DNA of 63,994 bases, the filler included, from Acidimicrobiia bacterium (GTDB taxonomy: Bacteria; Actinomycetota; Acidimicrobiia; Spongiisociales; CAZKJJ01), in assembly GCA_046759765.1 (NCBI GenBank). It is 4 parts of 4 records of this genome, joined end to end, with 100 filler letters (N's around TTAATTAATTAA, not from the genome) between each part and the next. Parts side by side here need not be neighbours in the genome. Positions count along the whole stretch, not along the records: positions 40,865 to 60,720 come from JBHICV010000031.1; 3 more parts are not named here. One strand, given 5' to 3'. The notes under the pieces were generated by a model. The model was not told the origin of the DNA. It did not search any database and saw only the letters and a program-made list of their open reading frames with translations. Shown here in pieces: positions 41,853 to 51,095 of this stretch (positions are counted from its first letter, which is position 1; the number at the start of each line of letters is the position of its first letter). Made by a program: the position numbers and the translations under genes.

Positions 41853-41963
41853 CGTTCTTGTGACGTTTCAGGAGCCCATAGGTAGTTGAGCGTCACAGGA
41901 ATCCGTGCCGAATCTGGTTGTGTCGTCTGAACGCCGTTTGGGTAGTTGAGCGTCAGAAGAACG
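41853..41963. repeat. Two tandem copies of the 50-bp REP-like element
   Basis: CGTTCTTGTGACGTTTC..GGTAGTTGAGCGTCACAGGAA and TTGTGTCGTC..GGTAGTTGAGCGTCAGAAGAACG. Confidence 0.75.
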
Positions 41964-42013
41964 GGAGGGGGACTGACTCGCGGAGGGGGACGAGAGGGGT
42001 GCTGGCTTCATCT

Positions 42014-42041
42014 AGTTAACATAAGAGGGATTATGGGCAGT
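42014..42041 (-). other. dif-like XerC/XerD recombination site
   Basis: Minus strand ACTGCCCATAA-TCCCTC-TTATGTTAACT; 11-6-11 layout; XerD arm differs from E. coli TTATGTTAAAT by one base. Confidence 0.85.
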
Positions 42042-42073
42042 CAAATCCCTCGAGTCTGCACCACCTCTAGATA

Positions 42074-42087
42074 ACGTCACGTGACGT
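42074..42087. promoter_or_regulatory. Palindrome ACGTCACGTGACGT (candidate binding site)
   Basis: Perfect 14-bp palindrome; the same core recurs at 42456-42479. Confidence 0.6.
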
Positions 42088-42115
42088 AATTGCACGCCAA
42101 AGGAGGGGTGTCTGC

Positions 42116-42454
42116 ATGCAGCCCGATCAAACTTGCGTCTGGTGCGGCGCTGCGTTTGTACGCACCGCGGGTCCAGGCCGCCCACGCCTCTACTGCCGGC
42201 GGAGCCACCGACAGCGCCATCACGAGGCGAAGACGTTGGGTACTCGCATGGGTCTGGGTACGGATGACGTTTTGATAGGCCGGGACGCCTACAGGTCGGT
42301 GCGCGATCAGATCTACGTTCTGCAAGCCGCGCTCGAGGACGCGGCTGCCGACCTGGGCGAAGGCGCTGAGTGCATCGACGTGCTCAATGACCTGAGGGGG
42401 GCGGCTCGTCCATTGGTGAGGATCCGTTGGGATCCAAAGGCCGTAGGGAGCTGA
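42116..42454 (+). CDS. Small putative Zn-finger protein (CxxC...CxxxH, GRPR motif)
   Basis: CVWCG...GPGRPRLYCRRSHRQRHHE followed by a helical C-terminus; AAGGAGG RBS. Confidence 0.75.
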   Translation: MQPDQTCVWCGAAFVRTAGPGRPRLYCRRSHRQRHHEAKTLGTRMGLGTDDVLIGRDAYRSVRDQIYVLQAALEDAAADLGEGAECIDVLNDLRGAARPLVRIRWDPKAVGS

Positions 42455-42455
42455 T

Positions 42456-42479
42456 CTATTTCGTCACGTGACGAAATAG
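42456..42479. promoter_or_regulatory. Perfect 24-bp palindrome CTATTTCGTCACGTGACGAAATAG
   Basis: Loop-less palindrome starting 2 nt after the stop codon. Confidence 0.65.
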
Positions 42480-42510
42480 CGCCAAAGAAGGGGCCGTTAG
42501 TCTGCCCGCC

Positions 42511-43392
42511 GTGCGCGTCGTCGTTGTGGGAAGCATCAACGAGGACCTCGTCGCTCGTGTGTCCCGTTTACCGACTCCCGGAGAGACCGTCAGTGGAACC
42601 GGCCACTCTTGGCACGGCGGCGGCAAGGGTGCCAACCAGGCCGTGGCGGCCGCGCGCTTGGGGGCTGAGGTCGCCATGATCGGCAGAGTGGGTGACGACG
42701 AGTCAGGACGGCGGCGGGTAGCCGATCTGATGGAAGAGGGCATCAACGTGGACCACATCGGCCGGGACGGCGATATCGAGACGGGACTGGCGCTGATCCT
42801 TGTAGATGCGCAAGGACAGAACGTGATTGCGGCTAGTCCGGGCGCCAACCATGCCCTGACGCCGGAGCACGTTGTTGCAGGCGAAGAGCTGCTGTCTGAG
42901 GCCGACGTTGTACTTCTGCAGCTCGAGATCCCGGACACAGCCGTGAGCCAAGCCGCCAAGCTGGCGCCTCACAGAGTGATCCTCAACGCGGCTCCTGCTC
43001 GGGACCTTGATCCTGGGCTTCCCCTCGATGTGACCGTGGTCAACGCAACGGAGTTGGCGACCCTCACCGGTCGACCCATCCGGCATTCGACGGAGGATTT
43101 CATCGGAGACGCTCGGGCCGTCGGAGGTGCCGTCGTGGTGACGTTGGGTGAGGGAGGTGCGGTCATCTCCTCCCACGAGGCGGGGAAACGGATGCCGGCC
43201 CCCTCAGTTAATCCGGTCGACACGACCGGCGCCGGAGATGCCTTCTGTGGCGCACTGGCGGTCAGCATTGGCGAAGGTAAGGACCTCGAGACCGCGGTCG
43301 GCTATGCGGTCGCGGCCGGCGCCGCAGCCACATTGAAGCCCGGTGCGCAACCGTCTCTCCCCTACCCTGACGAAGTCGAGGCTTTGCTCTAA
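42511..43392 (+). CDS. rbsK: Ribokinase
   Basis: GGKGANQAVAAARLG, DTTGAGDAF. Confidence 0.92.
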   Translation: MRVVVVGSINEDLVARVSRLPTPGETVSGTGHSWHGGGKGANQAVAAARLGAEVAMIGRVGDDESGRRRVADLMEEGINVDHIGRDGDIETGLALILVDAQGQNVIAASPGANHALTPEHVVAGEELLSEADVVLLQLEIPDTAVSQAAKLAPHRVILNAAPARDLDPGLPLDVTVVNATELATLTGRPIRHSTEDFIGDARAVGGAVVVTLGEGGAVISSHEAGKRMPAPSVNPVDTTGAGDAFCGALAVSIGEGKDLETAVGYAVAAGAAATLKPGAQPSLPYPDEVEALL

Positions 43393-44333
43393 TGGCTGCT
43401 CAAAAGATCATCATCGATACCGATCCGGGACAGGACGATGCGGTTGCCCTGTTGCTGGCGCTGGCTTCTCCGAAGGAGCTGGAAATCCTCGGGGTCACAA
43501 CCGTCGCCGGAAACGTTCCCCTGAAGCTGACGTCGAGGAACGCTCGGATCATCTGTGAGCTTGCCGATCGCCCCGAGGTCGGCGTCTATGCAGGTTCCGA
43601 TCGGCCCCTTCGGCGGGACCTGGTGACCGCCGAGTACGTCCACGGCAAGACCGGGCTCGACGGGGCAGATCTTCCCGAACCAACAATGCCCCTACAGCCA
43701 ACCGAAGCTGCCGATTTCATTGTGGAGGCCGTATTGGGGACCAAGCCGGGAACGGTCACCCTTTGCACTCTCGGACCGTTGACCAACATCGGAACCGCCC
43801 TCCAGAGAGAACCAAGGTTGGCATCGTCACTTCAGCAGATAGTGATGATGGGCGGTGGCTTCTTCGAGGGAGGCAACACGACGCCTACCGCAGAGTTCAA
43901 CATCTACGTCGATCCGGAAGCGGCTGCCCTGGTGTTCACATCCGGGATACCGATCACGATGATGCCACTTGATGTCACGCACCGCGCCTTGACGACCCCT
44001 GAATTCATCGGTCAGGTAAAGGCGCTCGGGACGCCGGTGGGACAGGCCACAGCGGGAAGGCTGCAGTTCTACGAGCAGTACGACCGGCGCCGGTATGGAA
44101 CGAGCGGAGCCCCGCTACACGATCCATGCGTCATCGCCTACCTGTTGAAACCCCAGCTGTTTCGTGGCCGGGCATGCAACGTCGAGGTAGAGACGCTTTC
44201 CTCCCTAACGCTGGGTATGACGGTCGTGGATTGGTGGGGGCAGACCGATCGTCCCCGCAACGCAATGGTGATGCGTGATATCGATGCGGATGACTACTTC
44301 GATCTGATCGTGGAACGCCTCTCCGAGCTCTAG
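43392..44333 (+). CDS. Inosine/uridine-preferring nucleoside hydrolase
   Basis: DTDPGQDD, VHGKTGL, AEFNIYVDPEAA, LHDP. Confidence 0.93.
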   Translation: MAAQKIIIDTDPGQDDAVALLLALASPKELEILGVTTVAGNVPLKLTSRNARIICELADRPEVGVYAGSDRPLRRDLVTAEYVHGKTGLDGADLPEPTMPLQPTEAADFIVEAVLGTKPGTVTLCTLGPLTNIGTALQREPRLASSLQQIVMMGGGFFEGGNTTPTAEFNIYVDPEAAALVFTSGIPITMMPLDVTHRALTTPEFIGQVKALGTPVGQATAGRLQFYEQYDRRRYGTSGAPLHDPCVIAYLLKPQLFRGRACNVEVETLSSLTLGMTVVDWWGQTDRPRNAMVMRDIDADDYFDLIVERLSEL

Positions 44334-45112
44334 TAACCGCGGCGAGCTTGCGCGAATGTGCGCGCGGCCACGAGGACAAGAAAGCCACCGAAAAGAGCTT
44401 GTGAGAGTCGCGGGTTCAGATCTACCGCGATCCTGCTGGCGATAAAAGCACTGGCGATCCCGGCAGCGCCCACCACCGCCGCCATCTTCAAATCGGCGTT
44501 GCGGTTGGCGAGATTGCGGATGGTTCCTACTGCGGCCGTAGGAAGTATGACGGCCAGCGACGTTCCCTTGGCCACCGCGTCCGGTATTCCAAACAGGATG
44601 ACCATCGCGGGAACCATTACGATCCCACCGCCAACTCCCATCATCCCGGAGAGAGCGCCCGCGAACAGACCCACTACTGCAAGGGCAACCCCCACCGTGA
44701 GTGTCAGGTCGCGCTGGGCGATCCCTGGTCCAATCGAGACGAACAACCGGGCCGCGGCTACGACAAGGAGGATCCCAAAACCGATCTGGAGCCCGCGGAT
44801 GGGAAGACGATGGAGCCAGTGAGTGCCGGCATAAGCACCGATCACCGACCCTGCGATGAGCAGGGCGGCGGCTTCCCAGTAGACGAGACCATCGATCAAA
44901 TAGCCGATCAGGGCAGCTGCTGCGATCGGCGCGATCGCAGCCAGCGAGGTGCCGTGGGCGAGGCGCTGGTTCAGCCCCACGAGGAAGACGAGTCCGGGGA
45001 CTATGACCACTCCCCCGCCGACCCCAAACAGCCCGGAGATCAGGCCGGCCAATATCCCTACTAGCGCCGCACTCAGAAAGGTATTTCGAGCGCGGACGGA
45101 AGCACCTTCCAA
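44330..45112 (-). CDS. TSUP (TauE/SafE) family transporter
   Basis: Duplicated G(L/M)xGVGGG..VP and A.GTSLA motifs. Confidence 0.88.
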   Translation of the reverse strand: MEGASVRARNTFLSAALVGILAGLISGLFGVGGGVVIVPGLVFLVGLNQRLAHGTSLAAIAPIAAAALIGYLIDGLVYWEAAALLIAGSVIGAYAGTHWLHRLPIRGLQIGFGILLVVAAARLFVSIGPGIAQRDLTLTVGVALAVVGLFAGALSGMMGVGGGIVMVPAMVILFGIPDAVAKGTSLAVILPTAAVGTIRNLANRNADLKMAAVVGAAGIASAFIASRIAVDLNPRLSQALFGGFLVLVAARTFAQARRGY

Positions 45113-45172
45113 GCTTCAACCCCTAGCACCAGCGGTCGGTGAACGTTAACGGCTTACAGCTAACGTGCCCCC

Positions 45173-46009
45173 GTGCTCAGCTCGCTCTCCCCCCAGCAAT
45201 TTCGGATACTCATCGGCCTGTTGGCTGTCCTCGCAATCGTGCTCATCGCGCTCATCGTCACACAGCTCACCGGGAGTGACGAGCCGGGGGCAGCGGGAGC
45301 CACAACCACCGTAGCCACCACCGCGCCGCCGTCGACGGAGCCGGAAACCACGACCACGAGCGAGGCGACCACCACTACGGAGCAGACGACGACCACGACC
45401 GAGGCCACCACCACAACGGAGCAGTCCACGACTACGTCCACCGCTACTACCACTACCGCCGAGACCACTACCACGGTCCCTCCCCCACCAAATTTGGTGC
45501 TGAACCCGGACGGGCTCGGAGCAGTCGCGTTTGGTACGTCTCCCGACGACACGGTCGCCGTCGTCACAGCCGCGGTCGGCGAGGATCCTGACCTGGATAC
45601 CGGTTGGGTCGACAGTTTCGATAACCCCTACGGGACCTGCCCGGCGCCGGAAGTCAGAGGCGTGGAGTGGGGCATACTCGTAACACTGTTCACGAAAGCG
45701 GCCACCGACTTCGCCTCCGAGGGCACTGAACACTTCTTCGCCTACATGTACGCGCCGAATCCCTCCAAGCCGGGTGCCGGGCCCCACGGTCTCGTGACCG
45801 CCGAAGGAATCGGACTGGGGTCGTCACGGACCCAACTGCAGGGCGCCTATCAGGATCGAGTAGAGATCTTCGACGATGAGATATTCGGCAGTTTCTTCCA
45901 GATCGACCTCGATTTCGAGAGCGACACCGCCCTCGGAGGGAATCTCACCGGTCCGGAAGACACCGATCAGGTGTCGAGCTTTCTCGGCGGACAGGGCTGC
46001 GGAGAGTAG
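45173..46009 (+). CDS. Membrane-anchored Thr-rich protein, hypothetical
   Basis: N-terminal TM, repeated ETTTTTE linker, globular C-terminal domain ending GCGE. Confidence 0.75.
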   Translation: MLSSLSPQQFRILIGLLAVLAIVLIALIVTQLTGSDEPGAAGATTTVATTAPPSTEPETTTTSEATTTTEQTTTTTEATTTTEQSTTTSTATTTTAETTTTVPPPPNLVLNPDGLGAVAFGTSPDDTVAVVTAAVGEDPDLDTGWVDSFDNPYGTCPAPEVRGVEWGILVTLFTKAATDFASEGTEHFFAYMYAPNPSKPGAGPHGLVTAEGIGLGSSRTQLQGAYQDRVEIFDDEIFGSFFQIDLDFESDTALGGNLTGPEDTDQVSSFLGGQGCGE

Positions 46010-46015
46010 AACCTC

Positions 46016-47032
46016 TTAGCCCAGCAGGGCGACGACCTCGGCTAGGCGTTCGAGCACTTCGGTCTGGTGTTCGAATGTCAAACCTGGAAAATAGGACCGC
46101 GAAACCAGCTCGAGATCGACACCGGACTCGCTCCGGATCTCCCCGAATTGGTCGGCTAGCTGTTCTGCCGTCCCGAGCAAGGTGAAAGCGCGAAGCCGCT
46201 CCTCCCCTTCGGCGTCAAGGGGAGGAGCGGATGCGAGAGGCCCGGTTCTATGAGCGGAAGCCTCCATATCGGAGTACTTCCAGCGGATTCGCCACACATG
46301 CTCACGGATCTCCTCCCATCCCTTATCGGGATCGTCGCATGGGTAAGCCACTGCGTAATAGATCCAGCGGAACGCCTCCGGGTCTCGACCCACGCGCTCG
46401 AGCTCGGAGATCCCAACCTCGATCTGATGAGCTAGTCGGCGCCTCGAGGCGTTGGAGAAGAACCCGTCGGCCCCACGCGCCGCTCTCTTCACAGCCGCGT
46501 CGACGGTTCCACCGACAACGATGGGGAGAGCAGCCTCCGGGTAGGGTCGCACGGCTACCTCGGGGATGTCATAGATAGGGCCGTGATGCTTGACGACCTC
46601 ACCTGACCAGGCCTGCGGCAGGACCGCGAGTATCTCCTCCATAGCCCGTCCCCGCTTCGACAGTCCTTCACCGAAGGCGTCGAACTCGATGGCCGACCAT
46701 CCGAGGCCCAGGCCCAGTGTGAACCGTCCCTCCGCCAGCAGCGAGACGGTGGCGGCATCCTCGGCGAGCCGGAGCGGGTGATACAAGGGTGCCAGCAACA
46801 CACCGGTTCCGATCTCGATCCGCTCTGTAGACGCCCCAAGGGCGGCGCTAACCGGAAGAAGCGAGGGCATATAGCCGTCATCGACGAAGTGGTGTTCCGT
46901 GGTCCATACGCTCCCAAATCCGAGGCTCTCCGCCTTCTTAGTGAGCTCGATCGCCTGCCGATACAGATCGGTCCAGGTGCGCGGATCATCAGGCGATCGT
47001 TGACAGGAGATAAGGGCGAAGCCCAACGACAT
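46016..47032 (-). CDS. LLM-class flavin-dependent oxidoreductase
   Basis: GFGSVWTTEHHF, HPLRLAEDAA, GRFTLGLGLG; start at ATG 47032. Confidence 0.9.
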   Translation of the reverse strand: MSLGFALISCQRSPDDPRTWTDLYRQAIELTKKAESLGFGSVWTTEHHFVDDGYMPSLLPVSAALGASTERIEIGTGVLLAPLYHPLRLAEDAATVSLLAEGRFTLGLGLGWSAIEFDAFGEGLSKRGRAMEEILAVLPQAWSGEVVKHHGPIYDIPEVAVRPYPEAALPIVVGGTVDAAVKRAARGADGFFSNASRRRLAHQIEVGISELERVGRDPEAFRWIYYAVAYPCDDPDKGWEEIREHVWRIRWKYSDMEASAHRTGPLASAPPLDAEGEERLRAFTLLGTAEQLADQFGEIRSESGVDLELVSRSYFPGLTFEHQTEVLERLAEVVALLG

Positions 47033-47051
47033 GGCGCGAGAAGCTACCCGC

Positions 47052-49370
47052 TTACCCTGCTGGTTCCAAGGCGAGGTCCAGGACTTCGGCAATGGTCTCG
47101 GCGGTATGGAAGGTCAGATCATCGGCCACGGTCGAAGGAATCTCGTCGAGATCCACCTCATTGCGGCTGGGGACGATCACCTCGGTAAGGCCGGCTCGGT
47201 GGGCGGCAAGGGCCTTCTGCTTCACGCCTCCGATGGGCAGCACCCTGCCCTGGAGCGTGACCTCGCCCGTCATTCCGACATGCTCCGACACCTTGCGATC
47301 CGTGAGGAGGCTCACCAGGGCGGAGGTCATGGCGATTCCGGCCGAGGGACCGTCCTTAGGGATGGCGCCGGCGGGAACATGAACGTGGAAGTGCCGATTG
47401 AGCAGCGATGGATCTATATCGAGCTCGTCGGCGTGGGATCGGACGTACGAGAGCGCGATCGAGGCCGACTCTTTCATGACGTCGCCGAGTTGGCCGGTCA
47501 GCGTCAGGCCTTGGTCGCCCTCCATGAACGCAGCCTCGATGAACAACACGTCGCCGCCGGCTCCCGTCACCGCCAATCCTGTGGCTACTCCGGGCACCGA
47601 TGTACGATCGGCCGCCTCGTCGTGGTGGACCGTCTGCTTGCCGAGATAGTCACGAAGGTCATCGACCTCGACTCTCACGGTTCCGCCGTTAGTCGCAACC
47701 TCTGTAGCTGCTTTGCGGCAGAGCTTGCCCAGCTGGCGCTCGAGCCCTCGCACACCGGCTTCCCGGGTGTAGGAGTCGATGACGTTTCTCAGCGCCTCGT
47801 CGGAGATGTCCAGCTCGTCGTCCGTCAGTCCCGCCTGTCTGATCTGGCGCGGGAGGAGATGATCGCGTGCGATCGTGATCTTCTCGAGATCCGCATACCC
47901 GTCGAGTCGGATGACCTCCGTTCGGTCGAGTAGCGGGGCCGGGATCGTTTCCACGATGTTGGCGGTCCCAACGAACAGGACATCGGAGAGGTCGAGATCG
48001 ACCTCCAAGTAGTGATCACGAAACGTGTGGTTCTGGGCTGGGTCGAGGACCTCTAGCAAGGCCGCCGAGGGATCTCCTCTCCAGTCCGCCCCTACCTTGT
48101 CCATCTCATCGAGCAGGAAGACCGGGTTCATGGTTCCGGATTCGATCAAAGCACGAACGATGCGCCCCGGTCGAGCTCCGACGTAGGTGCGTCGGTGACC
48201 TCGGATCTCGGCCTCGTCGTGGATGCCGCCGAGTGATACCCGGACGAACTCTCTCCCGAGCGCTCGGGCGATTGACTCTCCCAGGGATGTCTTGCCTACT
48301 CCGGGCGGACCCACGAACAACAGAATGGCTCCCGATCCGCGCCGAGAGGTCGAGTCCTCTGCCAATCCGCGCTCCTCCTTGAGCCTTCGGACTGCCAGAT
48401 GCTCGACTATCCGCTCTTTCGGATCCTCCAGCCCTGTGTGGTCCGCGTCCAGAACCTCACGAGCGTGCTCGAGATCGAGTCGTTCTTCGCTGCGCTCCGA
48501 CCACGGAACGTCCAGGAGCGTGTCGAGCCAGGTGCGGATCCAGGAGTGCTCCGGGCTCTGCTCCCCCACTCGCTCCAGCCGATCCACCTCGCGCTCGGCT
48601 GCCTCTCTTACGCTCTCGGGCATTCCTGCTTCCGCAATCTTCTCCCGATATTCGGAGGCGACATCTCCGCTGCTCTCCCCGAGCTCGCTGCGAATCTCCT
48701 CGAGCTGGCGGCGGAGCAGGTATTCGCGCTGAGATTGGTCGATCTTGGAGGCCGCGTCGCGGTGAACCCGTTCGCGAATCTCGATGTCAGCGAGTATCTC
48801 CCGCATCCAGTCGCTCACGAGACGCAGCCGATCGCGTACGTCGATGGTCTCGAGCAACTCGACCTTCTGCGCAAGTGTCAGATCCGGCGAGTAGACGGCC
48901 AGGTCGGCGAGCTGACCGGGGTCGTCGATGTCGGTAATGCGCTCGGCAACCGCCCCCATTCCTCGATGGTCCAGGATGTCGGAAACGAGAGCTCGGTACT
49001 CGCGAGCTATCGAGAGCACTTCTTCGTTGTGATCCGACGGTTCCGGCACCACGTCGACCTCCAGCCAGAGGGCCTCTCCGGAGCCCGGGCGAGCTGTGCC
49101 CGCTATGGCGCGGCTCATAGTTCGCACCACCGCGGCCCTGGGCCCTCTACTCCCTTGTGACACCTCCTCGAACTCCGCCACCACACCGATTCGGGCGTAC
49201 TCTCCCTCGATCTGAGGGAGAAGCAGCACTCGGCCGGCGCTGTTGGAGGCAGCCTCGATAGCGGCCACCGCCTCCTCGGACTCGATGTTCACGGTGACCA
49301 CCATGTGCGGGACCAAAACCCCGTTGCGAATGGGAAGCACCGGGAGCGCAAGCGTCGTTACTTCATCCAC
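47052..49370 (-). CDS. lon: Lon protease
   Basis: GPPGVGKTS, LLDEMDK, PKDGPSAG (Ser), IGGVKQK (Lys); AGGAGG RBS. Confidence 0.96.
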   Translation of the reverse strand: MDEVTTLALPVLPIRNGVLVPHMVVTVNIESEEAVAAIEAASNSAGRVLLLPQIEGEYARIGVVAEFEEVSQGSRGPRAAVVRTMSRAIAGTARPGSGEALWLEVDVVPEPSDHNEEVLSIAREYRALVSDILDHRGMGAVAERITDIDDPGQLADLAVYSPDLTLAQKVELLETIDVRDRLRLVSDWMREILADIEIRERVHRDAASKIDQSQREYLLRRQLEEIRSELGESSGDVASEYREKIAEAGMPESVREAAEREVDRLERVGEQSPEHSWIRTWLDTLLDVPWSERSEERLDLEHAREVLDADHTGLEDPKERIVEHLAVRRLKEERGLAEDSTSRRGSGAILLFVGPPGVGKTSLGESIARALGREFVRVSLGGIHDEAEIRGHRRTYVGARPGRIVRALIESGTMNPVFLLDEMDKVGADWRGDPSAALLEVLDPAQNHTFRDHYLEVDLDLSDVLFVGTANIVETIPAPLLDRTEVIRLDGYADLEKITIARDHLLPRQIRQAGLTDDELDISDEALRNVIDSYTREAGVRGLERQLGKLCRKAATEVATNGGTVRVEVDDLRDYLGKQTVHHDEAADRTSVPGVATGLAVTGAGGDVLFIEAAFMEGDQGLTLTGQLGDVMKESASIALSYVRSHADELDIDPSLLNRHFHVHVPAGAIPKDGPSAGIAMTSALVSLLTDRKVSEHVGMTGEVTLQGRVLPIGGVKQKALAAHRAGLTEVIVPSRNEVDLDEIPSTVADDLTFHTAETIAEVLDLALEPAG

Positions 49371-49434
49371 TGAAAACCTCCTGGAGTACCTCCAGCGTAT
49401 ACAACTTTTGTGATATTCCCTGAGCCCTGAGCGC

Positions 49435-49959
49435 TCAGATCTGACGCGAGCCGAACTGATCCAGGTGAACCATGGTCTGGAGGGCCCGGCGACCCTTCGG
49501 AATGAAGGCCCGGGCGACTCTCCCCTCGGCTTTGGGCGAAGGGTGCCCGACAGCCAGGGCGTACCGACAGTGATGGTCCTCCGGCACGCCCAGAACGGCG
49601 CGGGCCTTGTTCTGGTTGTGCAGCGTCACCGGACACGAGCCCAGGCCCAGTGCCGCCGCAGCCAGCATCATGTTCTGGGCGAGCCTGCCGATGTCGAAGC
49701 TGCTCCCTCCGGGTCGCCCCACCAGGACAATGCAGCTCGGCGCGGCCGTTATTGGGCCCGTAAAACGGCCACAGCGACTCAGGCTCCTTCGGATCTCGGG
49801 GTCTGAGACGACGATGAGGTCCCATGGCTGGCTGTTGCGGGAGCTTCCTGTCCACCGGCCGGCCTCGAGGATCCGGAGTAAGTCTTCGGCGTCGACGGGT
49901 GAGTTCGTGAATGCCCGTACCGCCCGGAGCTTGATCGTCTGTTGGTAGGTATCACTCAC
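49435..49959 (-). CDS. Nitroreductase family protein
   Basis: RAVRAF, GSSRNSQPW, DIGRLAQNMMLAA. Confidence 0.88.
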   Translation of the reverse strand: MSDTYQQTIKLRAVRAFTNSPVDAEDLLRILEAGRWTGSSRNSQPWDLIVVSDPEIRRSLSRCGRFTGPITAAPSCIVLVGRPGGSSFDIGRLAQNMMLAAAALGLGSCPVTLHNQNKARAVLGVPEDHHCRYALAVGHPSPKAEGRVARAFIPKGRRALQTMVHLDQFGSRQI

Positions 49960-51095
49960 GAGCGTTTCGCGATCTCCTCGAGCATGATCTCGGTGGTCCC
50001 GCCGCCAATGGAGTGGATCCTTGCGTCTCGCACCATTCGTTCGATGACCGATTCACGCATGTAGCCTGCTCCGCCGAAAAGCTGCTGGCAGGCGTACATC
50101 ACCTCGTTGACCAGCTCACCTGCCACGGCCTTGGCCATCGAGACCTCTCTAGTTGGATCACTTCCTTCTTCCATCGCCCAACCCGCCCAGTAGACCAGCT
50201 GGCGTGCCCCTTGGATGCGGGCCTGAAGCATCGCCAGCCGGTGACGTACCGCCTGCTTCTCATACAGTGGAGCTCCGAATGCCTGGCGCTTCTTGGTGTA
50301 GTCCAAGGTGAGCTCGATGGCTGCTTGCGCTTCGCCGATGGCTGTGGCAGCTAAGACCACGCGCTCGTTCTGGAAGTTTCGCATGATCGAGTAAAACCCC
50401 TCGTTCTCTTCCCCTAGCATCGACTCTCCTCCCACCCAGCAATCCTCGAAGGCGAGCTCCGCAGTGTCTGAGGAGTTCCAGCCAAACTTGCGCAGAGCCC
50501 GGCTGACCGAGAACCCCTTGGTCTCCTTGGGTATCAAAAACAGCGAGATTCCCCTGGAACCGGCCGACGAGTCGGTCTTGGCGGCCACGAAGAACAGGTC
50601 ACCGTGCACTCCGTTGGTGATGAAGGTCTTGGAGCCATTGACCACAAACCCGTCGCCCTCTCGTCTGGCGGTGGTTCGGATGCCGGCCACGTCGGATCCT
50701 GCGCCCGGCTCGGTGACAGCAATGGCCGTTAGCGTCTCCCCGCTGAGGATCCCTTCTGACCAGCGGGTGATCTGCTCTTCGGATCCGGAATGAAATAGGT
50801 GGGGCGAAGCCATGTCGCTGTGGACGAGCACCGTGGCTGAGAATCCCCCGTACGTCGATCTGCCGAGCTCCTCGGCAAACACAACGGAGGTCAAAGCTCC
50901 CATTCCGATCCCGCCGTGCTCTTCTGGGACCCTCAGACCGAAGAAGCCGATGTCACCCATCTTCCGGAGGACGTCGCGCGGTACGAATCCCTGTTCCTCC
51001 CAGGTGTCGCCGTGGGGCTTGACTTCGGCCTCGACGAACCGCTTGGTCTGGTCTCTGATCGCCCGGTGGTCATCTGTCTCGTAGACGGTGGTCAC
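49956..51095 (-). CDS. Acyl-CoA dehydrogenase
   Basis: TEPGAGSD, NGSKTFITNG, RQAFG, GGGTTEIM. Confidence 0.93.
   Translation of the reverse strand: MTTVYETDDHRAIRDQTKRFVEAEVKPHGDTWEEQGFVPRDVLRKMGDIGFFGLRVPEEHGGIGMGALTSVVFAEELGRSTYGGFSATVLVHSDMASPHLFHSGSEEQITRWSEGILSGETLTAIAVTEPGAGSDVAGIRTTARREGDGFVVNGSKTFITNGVHGDLFFVAAKTDSSAGSRGISLFLIPKETKGFSVSRALRKFGWNSSDTAELAFEDCWVGGESMLGEENEGFYSIMRNFQNERVVLAATAIGEAQAAIELTLDYTKKRQAFGAPLYEKQAVRHRLAMLQARIQGARQLVYWAGWAMEEGSDPTREVSMAKAVAGELVNEVMYACQQLFGGAGYMRESVIERMVRDARIHSIGGGTTEIMLEEIAKRS

Noticed and set aside
41853..41963. Repeated GGTAGTTGAGCGTCA as a mini CRISPR array
   Set aside because: Only two degenerate copies, no unique spacers and no cas genes; better explained as REP-like elements.
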